This document shows positions 42,921 through 55,347 of a DNA stretch of 64,000 bases, piece by piece; within the stretch, counting starts at the first letter, position 1, and each line of letters starts with the position of its first letter. The stretch lies in assembly GCA_013416795.1 (NCBI GenBank), contig RQSC01000974.1, positions 1-64,000 of the forward strand. Reading direction: 5' to 3'. Origin of the DNA: Prasinococcaceae sp. CCMP 1430. Its lineage: Eukaryota > Plantae > Prasinodermophyta. The notes below the pieces were generated by a model. The model worked only from the letters and a program-made list of their open reading frames with translations, ran no database searches and had not been told where the DNA came from. Position numbers and translations under genes: made by a program.

Positions 42921-44673
42921 ACCTGCGACGACCGCTGCCGCGAGGAGGCGAGTCGTAGCGCCGGTGTGGTGGCGACCGGCCGTAGTCGTCTCGGCGGTCG
43001 TATCGACCGCGGTCGCGCCGAGGCGATCGGCTGCGCTCGCGGCTCCGCTCGCGGCTGCGCTCGCGGCTGCCCTCCCGGCTCTTGCTCCTGCTGCGGTCAC
43101 GCGGGCTGCGGCTGCGATCGCGGGGTGAGCGGTTGCGGTCGCGAGGGCTGCGGCTCCTGCTGCGACTCCTGCTGCGACTCCTGCTCCGGCTTCGGCTGCG
43201 GCTGCGGCTACGCCCCTGCTGACCCATGCCACCGTACGGCATAGGCGGCCCGCCTGGCCCGCCGAAAGGTGGCCTGGCACCATACCCCATTCCAGGCATG
43301 CCATACGGAGGCATGCCGCCATAGCCAGGCGCTCCTCGACCGTACGGCATCATGCCGGGCGGGCCCATACCAGGCGGCCCACGGAAAGGCATCGGCGGCA
43401 TGAAGCCCGGGCCAGGGCCGCCCATGTGACCTGGTGCAAAGCCCATGTTGGGCGGATAGGTCATCGGTGGGCCGTTGGGGCCCCACATGTCTGGCCCTCC
43501 ACGGCCCCTACCGCCTTGGCCGCCCTGCCCTCCACGGCCCCCGCCGGATGGCGCGGGACCTGGTGGCAGAGGTGGCTGCCACCCTTCTGGCTTGCGATCG
43601 ATACCGACAGGCGCACCAGGCTGCGACGCGTCCTTGGCAGGCGCAGCGGCTGCCGCCGGTGCCGCAGCAGCCGCAGGCGCGGCAGCCGGCGCTGGCGCCG
43701 ACGCTGGCACCGGCGGCGCGGGCGTGGGCGTGGGCGCGGGTGCAGCTGCGGGCGCGGGTGCGGGTTCGGCCGCCTGAGTTGAAGCCCTCGCGCGCACAAC
43801 ATCCATCGCCGGCGCCGGCGCGCTCGCGCCGGGTCCGATCATCGCTCCCGGACCAGCTGCGGCGGCCTTTTGCGCGTCCTCCATGACCTTCATGTAGTTC
43901 TCCATTGCCACAGACAGAGCGCCGGGCATGGCCGCCGTCGCTGAGGTGAGCAGGTCCGTCTCGTCGGGCGCCAGCACTGCGGTGGTGCCATCGGGCAGCA
44001 CGAGGCCGCCATCGCCAGCGCGCAGCATCGTGCGCGGGATGCCCACGGGTGCCTTGTACTTCTTGACGTCGAAATCAGGATCGCCGTTCGTCGGGCAGTT
44101 CTGGATCCAGTGCCCGGGCTTGTTGCACCTGAAGCAGATGTAGCCAGGCGGGGGTGGCCCGCTCGGCCCGGCGAAGCCTCCGCGCCCGCCACCGCGCCCG
44201 CCTCCGGGCCCACCGCGCCCGCGGCCTCGTCCGGCAGACACCTCTGCGCCCCACGTGTCGGCCGTCGTCGAGATCATCGCGCTCAGCTTGCGCGCCTCAT
44301 CATCAGCGCCGGCCTCGCCGGCAAAGACGTCGGCACCGAACTCATCGGTTGGGCCTCCAGCGGCCGGGGTGGCCCGCGCCGCGGCGGCGGCGGGTGCCGC
44401 CTTCTTTTCCGCACCGCCAGCGACAATGCCCTGGCGGCGCACCTGGGGCACGCGGCGCACGATCACACTCGTGTTCTTAGGGATATTGCTGCCGCCCTCC
44501 TCGTACTCCTCGCCCGTCTCCGCGTCCTCGAGCACCAGGTCGTTGTCCGTGGTGTCTCCCAATGTGCTCAGGATTGACTTCTTCAGGTCGCCGGGCGAAA
44601 TGAAGAAGCCGTCAAATTGCACAGTGTCGAACTCCTTGGCGGACTTGAACTTGAAGTACACCTTCGATGCCAT
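42628..44673 (-). CDS. RBBP6: RBBP6/MPE1-like DWNN + zinc-knuckle protein with Pro-rich and RS tail; the natural 3' end appears to be missing
   Basis: MASKVYFKFKSAK..DTVQFDG (DWNN), PKNTSVIVRRVP, YICFRCNKPGHWIQNCPTNGD, GIPRTML, RS repeats. After about 42900 the frame runs through RmlD-like coding sequence. Confidence 0.85.
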   Translation of the reverse strand: MASKVYFKFKSAKEFDTVQFDGFFISPGDLKKSILSTLGDTTDNDLVLEDAETGEEYEEGGSNIPKNTSVIVRRVPQVRRQGIVAGGAEKKAAPAAAAARATPAAGGPTDEFGADVFAGEAGADDEARKLSAMISTTADTWGAEVSAGRGRGRGGPGGGRGGGRGGFAGPSGPPPPGYICFRCNKPGHWIQNCPTNGDPDFDVKKYKAPVGIPRTMLRAGDGGLVLPDGTTAVLAPDETDLLTSATAAMPGALSVAMENYMKVMEDAQKAAAAGPGAMIGPGASAPAPAMDVVRARASTQAAEPAPAPAAAPAPTPTPAPPVPASAPAPAAAPAAAAAPAAAAAPAKDASQPGAPVGIDRKPEGWQPPLPPGPAPSGGGRGGQGGQGGRGRGGPDMWGPNGPPMTYPPNMGFAPGHMGGPGPGFMPPMPFRGPPGMGPPGMMPYGRGAPGYGGMPPYGMPGMGYGARPPFGGPGGPPMPYGGMGQQGRSRSRSRSRSRSRSRSRSRSRSPRDRNRSPRDRSRSPRDRSRSKSREGSRERSRERSRERSRSPRRDRGRYDRRDDYGRSPPHRRYDSPPRGSGRRRYDSPPRGGRDRRAGGRARRRRLRGAGDGGAREPGGRGGQLRGNLSAQGVRRGPRGRPHRQLARRIPTCARRSWRSAVLRAHLHRPSLCRHQGALGCR

Positions 44674-45844
44674 GGCTGCGCACTTGCTTGCGCGCCCACG
44701 CGCGTTTGCTAAGCTGCTGCTCTACTCGTCTGGCGTGCCACTGCCGCTGCTGCTCGCCGCTGCCCCTCTTGCCGCCGCTGCCTACGCTGGGCACTCCTTA
44801 CGGTGCGAATGGAAATAGATGCAAAAGCCCCACGTGCAAACGCCGCGCGGAGGACACCAGTGATCGGGGAGACGTCGATGGGTCGCCAAGACAGTCGCGC
44901 CGCGCGCGCGCGGGCGGTGCACGTTCAGGGCTGGAATCTGTCGCAGCCGCTCGCGTGCGTCCTGCGGCGTGCACACGAATGCACGGCGGTCGTGGGCGTG
45001 TGAGCGCGCCCACGTACACGAGCGAGGTGGATCTTGCTCGCGGCGCCGAGGTGCTGATGTGGAGCGCCGCCGGGCGTGTAAACGTGAGAAGTGTCGAGGC
45101 CGGTGCGGTCGGCGCCGAGGCGCGCGGGTGCGGTGTGAGAAGCACGGTCCCCTGTCACTCTGGAGACTCTCCGCCCCCGTCCACCTCTCGCCCCGGCTCA
45201 GGTACGCTGAGCGCGCGGGCTGTTAGCTCTTTCGCTCTGCTTCGTCTGCGTTCCTTGCGCGGAAGCGATCTTACACGCGCGCATGCACCCGTGAGCTGAG
45301 ATGAGAGCGCACACTCAAGAGCGCAGCGGGGGCGCTGCCCGGTCTCCAGACACCGAGTTGCAACCTTGGTGCGGCTCGCCGGCCACCCTGACGAGTGCGC
45401 GCCGTCTCCTCTCCTTCACTCCCACCCCGCCCCACCCGTCCTCGTGTTCCCGCGCGCGCAACCCTAAAAAACGTGCGCGAGGCCCGCGCGACGGCGCGGC
45501 GCGGCGGCGGCGGCGGAGAGCCGCGCGTGCGGTGTGGCGGCGCGCGCGCGCGCGCGCGGAGCGCCCGCCCCGCCTCTCTCGCAACATCTGCCGCGGTCTC
45601 ACCCGTATTTCGCGGCGGGCGTCCGTGCGATCGACGCGGCATTGAAATGCGCAATCCCAATCTGCCGCGACGGGGGCGAGCGGTTTCGGCGGGCGCGGAA
45701 ACGGAAAACGCGCGCCTGAAATTCCCCCCCCTCCGCCAGATCTACGTACATGCCTCCGCTGGTCCCCCAAAAAAAAGATCTGGAAAATCGCCATAAATCA
45801 AAATCAAAAAATGAGGCGCTCGCTCGCCGCGCGGCCGGGGGCTC

Positions 45845-47130
45845 TCACTTGGCCGCGCCGCCGTCCGCCGCGGGCGGCTCGGAGTTCTCCGCGAGCCTCG
45901 CCTCCAGCTTCTCGAACTCGCTCAGGCCCGTGCGCTCCGCGTCGTCGGGCGCCGCCTGCTCGACGCCCTTGACCCTGCGGCGTGCGCGCGCGGGCGAGCA
46001 GGCGGGCGCGCAGGCGAGTTCACCATCGAAAGCGCATCCGCATTGGCAGCACCATGTCAGCTCGAGCCTGGAGGCAAGAAGCACGTGCGCCAGCGCGCTC
46101 GTGCGCACGCACTCCGGAATGTAGTGCATGAGCATGTTCTCCACGCCGGACTTGAGCGTCACCGACGAGCTTGGACAGCCCGAGCATGCCCCCTGCGCGC
46201 GCGCAAACGAGCGTGGGCGCGGCTGCGTCAGGACACGCATCGGCAAAAGAGACGGCACAATGCGCCACGCGCGCGCGCAAGAACGCACGTACGCGCACAG
46301 CGCCCCCACGCGAGCGCATGCGCTCACCTGTAGCTTGAGATACACCACACCGCTCTCCTCATCCCACTTCTCGAAGATGATGTCGCCGCCGTCGTCCTGC
46401 ACTGCAGGGCGGATGCGAGTGTCGAGCAGCTCTTTCACCATGGCCACAACCTCGTCGTCATCGTCCTGCGGCGACGCAGCCGAGAGCACGTGTGCGTGGG
46501 CTAGTAAGTTTGCTGGATCGCGTGCGCGCGCACGCGCTTGCTCACCTGCGCACACGCCTGCGCGCAGACCTACCTGTATGGCGCTCGGGTCTGCCTTGAG
46601 CTGGTCGCTGGAAAGCATGACGTCCTGCCCGCTGGCAAAAAAGTCCATGATGGCCGCGAAGACGTCCGGCTTGATCATGGACCACTCGTAGCCCTCCTTT
46701 TTTGTGACGGTGACAAAGTCGGAGCCGAAAAAGAGCGCCTGCACGCCGTCCACAGCGAAGAGCGAACGCGCCAGCGGGGAGCGCGACGCCGACCTTAGCC
46801 GTGCACGTGCGCGCACGCGCGTGCATGCGTGCGGTGGGGTGCACGCGTGGAGCGGAGAGAGGAGGGAGCGAGCAAACCGGTTTGCAGTGTGAAGAGCTGT
46901 GTCAGCGGGTGCTGGCAGACGAGTGAGCAGGCGGGTGAGAGGCAATGCGCGTACCTGACGTCTGGGAAGTCCTCGCTGCCACGACCCATCACGTCACGGC
47001 CCGGGACGAACATGAGACTTGCAGGGTTGGGTGTCGACTGCGTCTGGATGAACATGCCACGGGCGCCCGCCGGCGGTGCGCCCAGCCCCCTGCGCGTCGA
47101 AAGCGCCGCGAAGGCGCGTACAAGCCCCAT
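45845..47130 (-). CDS. NFU1: Mitochondrial NFU-type Fe-S scaffold/carrier (NFU1/NFU4), 5 exons
   Basis: Exons 47130-46955, 46793-46574, 46465-46328, 46192-46113 and 45974-45845; [56 protein letters not shown]. Confidence 0.94.
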
Positions 47131-47690
47131 CGTCGTCGCACATCCGTCCGCCGCAGCCGCCGCGCGCGCGAACGCACCAGCGGCCGCAGCAGCAGGCGCG
47201 CCTGCGCAGGCGCCCGCGCGCGACGCCGCATCGTGGCTGCGCAGGGGCGCTGCGAGCGGCGCGCTCGGTGCGCAGAGCAGGAGTGCGCGCGCGCGCACGT
47301 GCGAGGCGCGGCTGCGGCGGTGGTGGGGAGGCCGTGAGAGGGTTGGCGCGCGCGCTGTGGCGCCCCTGCACGCGCGCGCTGCTGGCGCGAGCCTGGACCC
47401 TCGATGGCCACGGGTCTGGATTTGATTGACCCGGTAGAACAGAGCGAACAGTACTGTAATAATCACCCCAAGACCGGAATAGACCGGGTATCACTGTCGT
47501 CGTCCCGGGGGGCGCACTGCTGCGATTTTTTGAGTGGGTGACTGGGGAGGGAGGGAGGGGGGGGGGCGGCAGCGCCGCATATGGGCGTGGCTGGCGTGGT
47601 GGTTGGCGGCCGTCAGGGCGTGGCCGGAGGCGTCAGAGCGCGCGAGACGCGCGGGCGGCCCCGCGAGGGGTCGCGCAGCGCGAGTCTGGC

Positions 47691-50600
47691 ATGGCGCCGC
47701 CTGTGGCGATGTCGAGCGGCTCGAGCGCGCGCTTCTCGCGGCTCGGTAACGGCATGACCGAGGTGGAGCTCGCTGACATGGAGGTCGGCGTCGCCCGCGG
47801 CAGCGGCGGCGGCGCTTCCGCTGCCTCTGGCGGCGCGGTGCTTCCGAGGCGCCGTAGCCCAGCTGGCACCCTCGCGCTCGGTGCGGCGCTGGCGATGGTG
47901 GCGATCGGCTTGCTCGCGTGGGTGCTCGGCGCCGGATCGCGCCCCTCAGCGGTCGATCTGCCCGCTTTCGAGTCATCTCCGCTTGATGTGCGCGAGTATG
48001 GCGCGATCGAGCTCGCCAACGGCCTACGTGTCGCGCTTGTCTCCGATCCGAGCGCGGCGCTCGCCGCAGGCGCCGTCGACGTGCACGTTGGCTCGCAGGC
48101 CGACCCGCGCAACACCAGCGGACTCGCACACTTCCTCGAGCACATGATGTTCCAAGGCTCGGAGCGCTTCCCCGGCAACGGCGCGTACATGGAGTGGCTG
48201 AGCGCGAGAGAGGGGTCTTCCAATGCATATACGGCCGGCGAGGACACTAACTACTACTTCGAAGTCGAAGCGGCGTCGCTCGGCGGCGCCCTCTCGCGTC
48301 TGGGCTCGCAGTTCGAGGCGCCACTCCTGGCAGCCGAGGCCTCAGCGAAGGAGGTGAATGCCGTCAACAACGAGCACGTGAAGAACCTCAACTCGGACTC
48401 GTGGCGGCAGTGGATGCTCCTCAAGGCGCTGAGCGTGCCCGGCGGCGAGTGGCAGAACTTCGGCACCGGCGACGCATCGACACTCGCCGGCGCAGTAGCA
48501 GCCGTGGGCGCGGCGGATGGCGACGATGTGCTGCGGCGCTTCTTTGAGACACACTATAGCGCTGAGCGCATGACCGCGTGCATCGCCGGGCCACAGCCGC
48601 TCGGTGAGCTGCGTGCACTCGCCGTAGAGCACTTGTCGGCCATCCCCGCGCGCCCGACGGGCGACAGCGCGAGCGATGCGCTACTTGACGCCAAGGCGGC
48701 GCGCGAGCGCGGACCCGACGTGTTCGGCCCCGCTCCGGAGGAAGACAGGAGCGGTGGCGGTGGGTTTTCCTTCGCGCCGTACGAGCTGCGGACAAGCTAT
48801 CTGCCCGCGCCCAAGGTTGTATACACCAAAAGCATCTCAGACAGGAGCCTGGCGCTCGTCTGGGCGGTGCCCGGGCGCGCTGATTCGGACGCGGGCGCGC
48901 CCTTCGGCAAGCGCCACTATGACTACGACTCGCTCACCGTGCCGTTCCTGCAGAGCGTGCTCGACGCAACGCACGAAGGCTCCGCCAGCGCGGCGCTCCA
49001 GGCCGCCAACCTCGCGTATGGCGCGACATTCTCCGTCGACCAATACGACGATTGGGCGTTCTGCCAGCTCGAGGTGAGGCTCACGCCGCAGGGCGTCAGG
49101 AGACACACCGCGGTCGCGGCGACGGTGCTCGCGTACCTCGGCGCGTTTAACAACGCCGCCGCTGAGGACCTCGCAGCCGCCTTCAGCACTTACCAGCGCG
49201 CCGCCGAGGCGCAGTGGAAGTACACCTACAACGTGAAGGAGCTCGGTACGCTCGTCTTCGACGCGAGCGAAGACATGCAGTTCGTCCCGCATCGACGCGT
49301 GCTGGGATCGCCGATGGGCGCTGAGTACAACGAGGACGTCGTGCGCGCGTACATCTCAGCCATGAAGCCTGCAAAAGTGGTCATGTTGCTCGCCGCGCCA
49401 GACGCACTGCGTGCGGCCGCGGCCGACCTGGAGCTCAATGAGCCCATCTACGGCTCTGCGTTCTGGCAGCGCCCGCTAGCAGGGCTCCACGATGCTGAGC
49501 TGCTCCACGAGGCGTGGCAGGGGGGCAAGTATACGCTCCTAGGGAAGGAGCTGACGATGACGCTGCCACCGCCCAACCCGTACGTCCCGAGCGACGCCGA
49601 TGCATCCATCGTCGCCCCAAAGGGAAGTGATGGGACGCCCTCGCGGCTGCAGGAGTGCGCGGGGGCGGGGGCGCAGGTTGAGGCGTGCAGCAGCGATGCG
49701 GTCGTGTGGCTCGCGCCGAACGCCGCGCGTAGCACCTCGCAGCTCTTCGCGAAATGCGTCGTGAACGCGCCGGGCCTCGCGTGGGAGGTCGCAGCGGACG
49801 GCGAACGCTTCGAGCAGGTTTCGCTGCGTCTCGACGCGGCTTTCAGCGACGTCTCCAAGGCAGTGGCGGGCCTCGCGAGCCAGGCGGGCGTTGGCGTGTC
49901 TTGGGGGCGCGCGGCCGACGGTGGTGTAGTCATCAGCGCATCGGGTGCCGCGCTCGCGGCGGAGCGCGCACTCTCTGACTACGTTGCCGCGCTGGTGTCG
50001 CACAAGCCAACGCCCGCCGACGCGCTGCGCGCGGCGCTCGGGCTGCTCTCGAGCGTCGAGACCACGCGCTCGCAGCCGCTTTTCAGGCAGTATGCGAGAC
50101 TCACTGAGGAAGTGCTGCAGGAGAAGAAATGGTTGCTCGATCAGGTTGCCCTGTTCGCAACGTCGGTGAGGCACGCGGCCGAGGCGAATAACACCGAGGC
50201 GTTGTCGCATTTGCTTCCCGACATTTTCACTGGGACTCCGCAGGTGGACTGCTTCGCATATGGCAACGTCGACGAGGTGCTCGCTGCTCGCGTCAGTGCC
50301 TCGGTAGTGCAGGGCGTGTCCGCCGCAGACGATGGAGCGCAGCGCACGAAGCGGCCACAGCACCGCGGGCAGCGTGTGCTCCCCGTGGGCGACGCGTATG
50401 TGCGCCTTCCCCATCCCGCTGAGCAAATTGACGGCGCGCCACCCGACGGCAATTCGCTGTACGTATCGTTGCACCAGTCCGACATGGCAGGGGCGCAAGG
50501 CTCACCAGAGCGCGCGATGGACAGGCTGGCGCACTCGTACCTTGTGTCGCAGGTGAGCAAGAGATTAGCTCAGCGGATACGTGCACGCATTGTGATCGCA

Positions 50601-51488
50601 CACTGACGTTCTCTCCGCACCTCCCCATCCTATGGCCACACGCCCATAGCTCTATCAAAGCGCCTTCAACGAGCTGCGCACCAAACAGCAACTCGGGTAC
50701 GTCGTCTTCGTGCTCTATCGCGCGCTGGCCGTGGGCATGCACCGCATCTTCGTCATCGTTCAGAGCTCGGACTACGAGGCCAAGTATCTCGACTCACGTG
50801 TGCGCGAGTGGATCATGCAGAACGCGAGTGCTCTGGTGGCCGACTGCGACGAGGCGGGGGCTGAGGGCGGGCTCCTCGCACCTGGCTGGCGCGAGGCGCT
50901 CGTGTCAACGCTCTCAGAGCCGCCAGAGAGCCCTGCGGCCGAGTTCGACGAGGTGCGTTGGTGCCAGCGTGCGTGCACATGCGCATACTCACCACCAAAG
51001 GAGCTGCGCTGACGCACGCCGGACTGCCATTCATGCGCCGCGCGCCCGCGCGCGATCCCCAAATTCTTGCGCACACAGCTGTACACGCCGTTCTCGCTCG
51101 ACGCCGAGTCGCCCTGGTTTGACCTGAAAGAGCAGCTGGTTGCGGCTGCGAGGGAGCTCACATGTGCGCACCTGCAGGACGCATTCGAGCGCACGCTGAG
51201 CACCGCGAATCCGAACGCCCGTCATCTTGCCACCCTGGTAGATCCGGCCGCCAGGGGAGATCAGGCGGGCCCCGCGACCAACAAGGTGCGCTCGAGCGAA
51301 GCGCGAGCGACGGGGTGTGCCCGTACCGCATGTCGTGGGCCCGCTCGCGCCTGCGCCGGCTTGCAAGGCCGACGTCTAACTGCGCCTCTATTGCGCCTCC
51401 GCAGGTGAAGGTATCGCCAAACGTTGGGCCTGAGGATGAGGTCAACGTCGGCGATTGGGTAGATGGCCTCGAGCTCAAGAGGCTGTAG
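47691..51488 (+). CDS. M16A (insulysin/pitrilysin-like) metallopeptidase with an N-terminal transmembrane segment, 4 exons
   Basis: Exons 47691-50552, 50650-50952, 51079-51285 and 51405-51488; GLAHFLEHMMF (HxxEH), NAYT, EVNAVNNEH, FNELRTKQQLGYVV. Confidence 0.88.
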
Positions 51489-52035
51489 ACACACGCGCGC
51501 ACTGTGCGTGTGCCCCAGGCGGTCCGATGACCGCCGGCCTGCGCTCCCTGCATGGTTCCATGGACGCCACGCACACCCACACATAATTCGATACATCCCC
51601 GAGCCCCCTTTGCAATCGCAATCTCACTCAGTGCCACGTGCCGCCACGGCGCCCAGGCCCACCCCGCGTGCGCGCGCCCACCCCGCGCGCGCTGCGAGGC
51701 GCGCGTTCCCGTTCCCCGTCTTGCGGCGGCGTTCCCCCGCCGGCGCGCGCGGGTGGCGGGCTCCGCTTTCGATTTGATTGGGCCGCTGCGCGGCTGCGGC
51801 GGAGGCGCGCTGGCACTCTCGATTTGATGTACATTATTGAAGGGGCACGATCCAAGGGGCACAACGGAGGATTTCGCGGTGCTTCCTCGTCCGCCGTAGC
51901 GGCGGGGGAACCGCGCGGCGCCTGGCGCGCGCGCGGCGGCAGCGGCGCCAGGCCACGCGATGCGCGCGCCCCGTGCGCGCGCCACACGCCGCACGCGGCC
52001 CGCACGCGGCCCGTACTCGGCCCACCTAGTCTGAC

Positions 52036-54318
52036 ATGGCCTCGGTACACAAGATGGGTGAGCAGAGCCATGCAGGCCGCGGGAGCGTCGGGTGGACGCA
52101 CCTTCGGACGGCCTTGCTCGCCACGCTGGCGTTTGCGCGCGCGCCGCGTGCGGCCGACGCGCACGGCATGATGGTGCTCCCGCGAACACGCAACGTCGTC
52201 GCAGCACAGGACGGCAAGTGGTGGGTGCCGCCAGGGGCGCCATCGACGCCACGCCCGGAATCCTGCCCGCACTGTCTCAACCGCGGTGGCAGCGTCGGCG
52301 CCTGTGGCGTCGTCGAGGTCAGTCGCGGCGCGGCGCGTGCAGCGTCTCCCCCTCGAAGCCGCACGCATCAGGCTGACAGCGCCTCTTTACACACATACAC
52401 CGCCACCACCACCACCACCACACACTCACACGCACACTCACACGCACACTCACCTTCGGCATCCCGCTCGCGCGGGGCACGCGTGCAGGACCGCAACTAC
52501 AATGTCCCTAAGGACTCTGCTGGCGCAGTGATGCGTCCGCTGCCGATTGAAGGGGAATACGTGGAGGGCGGGCTCGTGACCGTGCGGTTCACCCTCACTG
52601 CGCACCACCGTGGTCACGTAGAGCTGAAGCTTTGCCCAGACTCTGGCGACGCCATCTACAACGCACAGCAGGAGTGCTTTGAGGTGTGTCAGCGCACGCG
52701 CGCGTGCAAACGGATCGGGTACACTTTCGCTCGGCATGAATCCATGCGTGTGCGCGTGTGCACGTGCGTGCCCGCCAACGCACTCAGCGGCCGTGTGAGC
52801 GGGCGCCTGCACGCGCCTGAGAGATGCAAGAACAAAGTGGGGGGCGAGCCAGTGCGCCGCTGACGCATCCCTCCGCCACTTCTCACGCTCGCGCGAATTC
52901 ATCAGGGGCACCACCTGGAATTCGTCCGTGACAACAAGTATGGTGCTCCGCGCGACGACAACTACCCAGTGCGCGGTTACGCCGCCCCCAATGATGGCTC
53001 CGCCCTCGACGCCAGCGCGCCAAACATGAACCTTGACGCGCCCGATGACGCTCGCAATCTTCGCGTTGGTATGGATTTCGAGATGGTCTACAAGCTGCCG
53101 GAGGTGTGTGCATGCGCTTGCGAGTGATGAAGCGCGTGTGCTCAGATGTCAAAGGAGGCGCGCGACGCTCTGTGTGTGCCGGCTGCGTGTGCTCGAGCAA
53201 GCGGGTGCTCGAGCTCGCAGCAATTGTCATCACGCGTGCGTCACCGCATGATTGCACGTGGACTGACGCTACTCCCACCCCACCCCACCCCACTCCCCCT
53301 GGGGATGGCACACTTCCATCCCTTCATGGACCGCTCCGATTGCGCGGGCCCGCCGTCCGTGACTCGACGCTCGCGCACGAACACCTAGGGTGTGAGCTGC
53401 GACCACTGCCTTCTGCAGTGGCACTACATCTCGGGCAACAGCTGCGAGGTAGAGGGCTACGACCAGGCAGGTCTACCAGCAGGCTGGCGCAACGCGCAGA
53501 TTCCCGAGTGCGGGATCCTTCCCCCCGACGGCGAGGGCGCCCCAGAGCAATTCTGGAATTGCGCTGACGTGCGCATCTTGCCGAATGATGGCGGCGGTGG
53601 CGGAGACCCTCCTGCTGAGGATGACGAGGGGGGTGACGCACCCGCCGAGGAGGACGCTGATGAAATCGACAATGGTGGAGGTGAAGCCGAGCAGCCAGGC
53701 GAGACGGAGCGGCCATCTGACGAGCCTGATGATGGCATCGATGACATGGAAGACGGGGATGAGCAGGAGGAGCTCCCTGCAAACGGCGATGCTGGTGATG
53801 GCAACGATGGGGGCGACGAGGACAGCAGTGGCGGTGGAGACGGCGGCGACGACCTCTGCCAACGCTCCGAGCACCACCTCGTGGCTGTGCCTGGCTCATG
53901 CGATGCCTTCATGCATTGCGTGAGTGGGCGTGTGGTGGGCGAGCCTACCTCATGCCCGCCCGGGACCCTTTTCAACGAGCGCATGCAGTACTGCGATTGG
54001 GCTGACAACGTCAGGTACGTGCGCACATCGCACGAGCGGAACGAGAGGCAGGTCCGCTCGAAGCACGTATGCATGCGTGTGCCTGAATAAGCGCGAGAGC
54101 ATGTAGGAGGCGCGCAAGTGGCCGTGCTGACGTCCCCGCGCGCGAGCAGCTGCGAGGCCGGCGGCGGCAGCGACAACGCGAACGCAAAGGGCAAGAAGAA
54201 GGCCAAGAAGGCCAAGAAGGCCAACAAGAAGGCAAAGAAGAAGGCCAAGAAGGCGAAGAGGAAGGGAAAGAAGAGCAAGAAGTCCAAGGTCGCGAGGCGT
54301 CTCCTCTGGGAGGTGTAG
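52036..54318 (+). CDS. Secreted AA15/AA10-type lytic polysaccharide monooxygenase + acidic linker + CBM14 + Lys-rich tail, 5 exons
   Basis: Exons 52036-52317, 52489-52683, 52906-53103, 53389-54014 and 54150-54318; signal peptide ending ADA|HGMM (His1 at 52162), TAHH, SCDHCLLQWHY..GN, EQFWNCADV; CBM14 pattern C..C..F.HC..CPPGTLFN...CDW...C. Confidence 0.88.
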
Positions 54319-54357
54319 GGCACGGGCGGTTTGGCCACGCGTGCGCGTGCGCGCTAC

Positions 54358-54362
54358 TGTAA
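54358..54362 (+). terminator. TGTAA polyadenylation signal for the LPMO gene
   Basis: TGTAA 40 nt after the stop; the same signal follows the JmjC gene (13552-13556). TGTAA is the known green-algal poly(A) signal. Confidence 0.55.
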
Positions 54363-55072
54363 CATTGACGCGCAAACAATTTTCAACACTGCGTGTAGAG
54401 TGTTCGAGGAAGAACTTCCAGGTGGACTGATGATGAGGCAGACTCACATGATGACTGTCACGACACACGTCATGTCCATGACGGACATCGACAGCCCTTG
54501 GAGACGGACCCTACCCTAAATTGCTTTGGAGCGAACCCGCCCATCGGCCAGCCAGGCGCCTCCTTACGCGCGGCGGGGTTCCATGGTTCCGCATCTCCTG
54601 GCGAGTGGAAGCGAAGCCCGGAATCCGTCCATCTCGGGCGGAGAGATTCGGTCGGTCGGCCGCCATCATCGAGCTGGATCCGTTTCACGTGGGTCTGCAT
54701 GAACGCACGCAGCGACGACCGTTCCACGCCGGAGCGGACCACGCCCCTCCTCCCGAACGTCCATCAGGGATGGGAGCCGCGCCGCGGGGGCGACGCACGG
54801 CACAGACTGAGACCAGCTAGGAGCAAGCCGACCGACCCACGGACTCGGTCGGGCGGGCGGGCGGGCGGGCGCACCCCCTCGACTCGATCGATCGACGGCG
54901 GCCGTGCCGCGGGGCTTCCTCCGACCGATCGACGAGTGGCAAGCAAGGCTTCGGATCCACGGCGGGAGCAGCGCGCGGCGGCAGCCGGCGCTGCCCGCGG
55001 TGGTCATTTCGATGGGGGAGTGCAAAGTTTCCCAGCCGACCGACTGCGCGCGCTGCCCTCGCCGGGCGCAGT

Positions 55073-55085
55073 CAGACAGGCAGGC

Positions 55086-55140
<55 letters not shown>

Positions 55141-55146
55141 GAGAGA

Positions 55147-55201
<55 letters not shown>

Positions 55202-55202
55202 A

Positions 55203-55257
<55 letters not shown>

Positions 55258-55266
55258 GAGACAGAC

Positions 55267-55326
<60 letters not shown>

Positions 55327-55347
55327 GGACAGACAGACAGACAGACA
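55073..55347. repeat. (GACA)n microsatellite, about 275 bp
   Basis: Directly visible, with a few GAGA, GAAA and GACG variants. Confidence 0.97.

Noticed and set aside
44700-45800. Additional gene or the missing RmlD first exon between RBBP6 and NFU
   Set aside because: No GxxGxxG-bearing exon or recognisable ORF; more likely UTR, intron and promoter.
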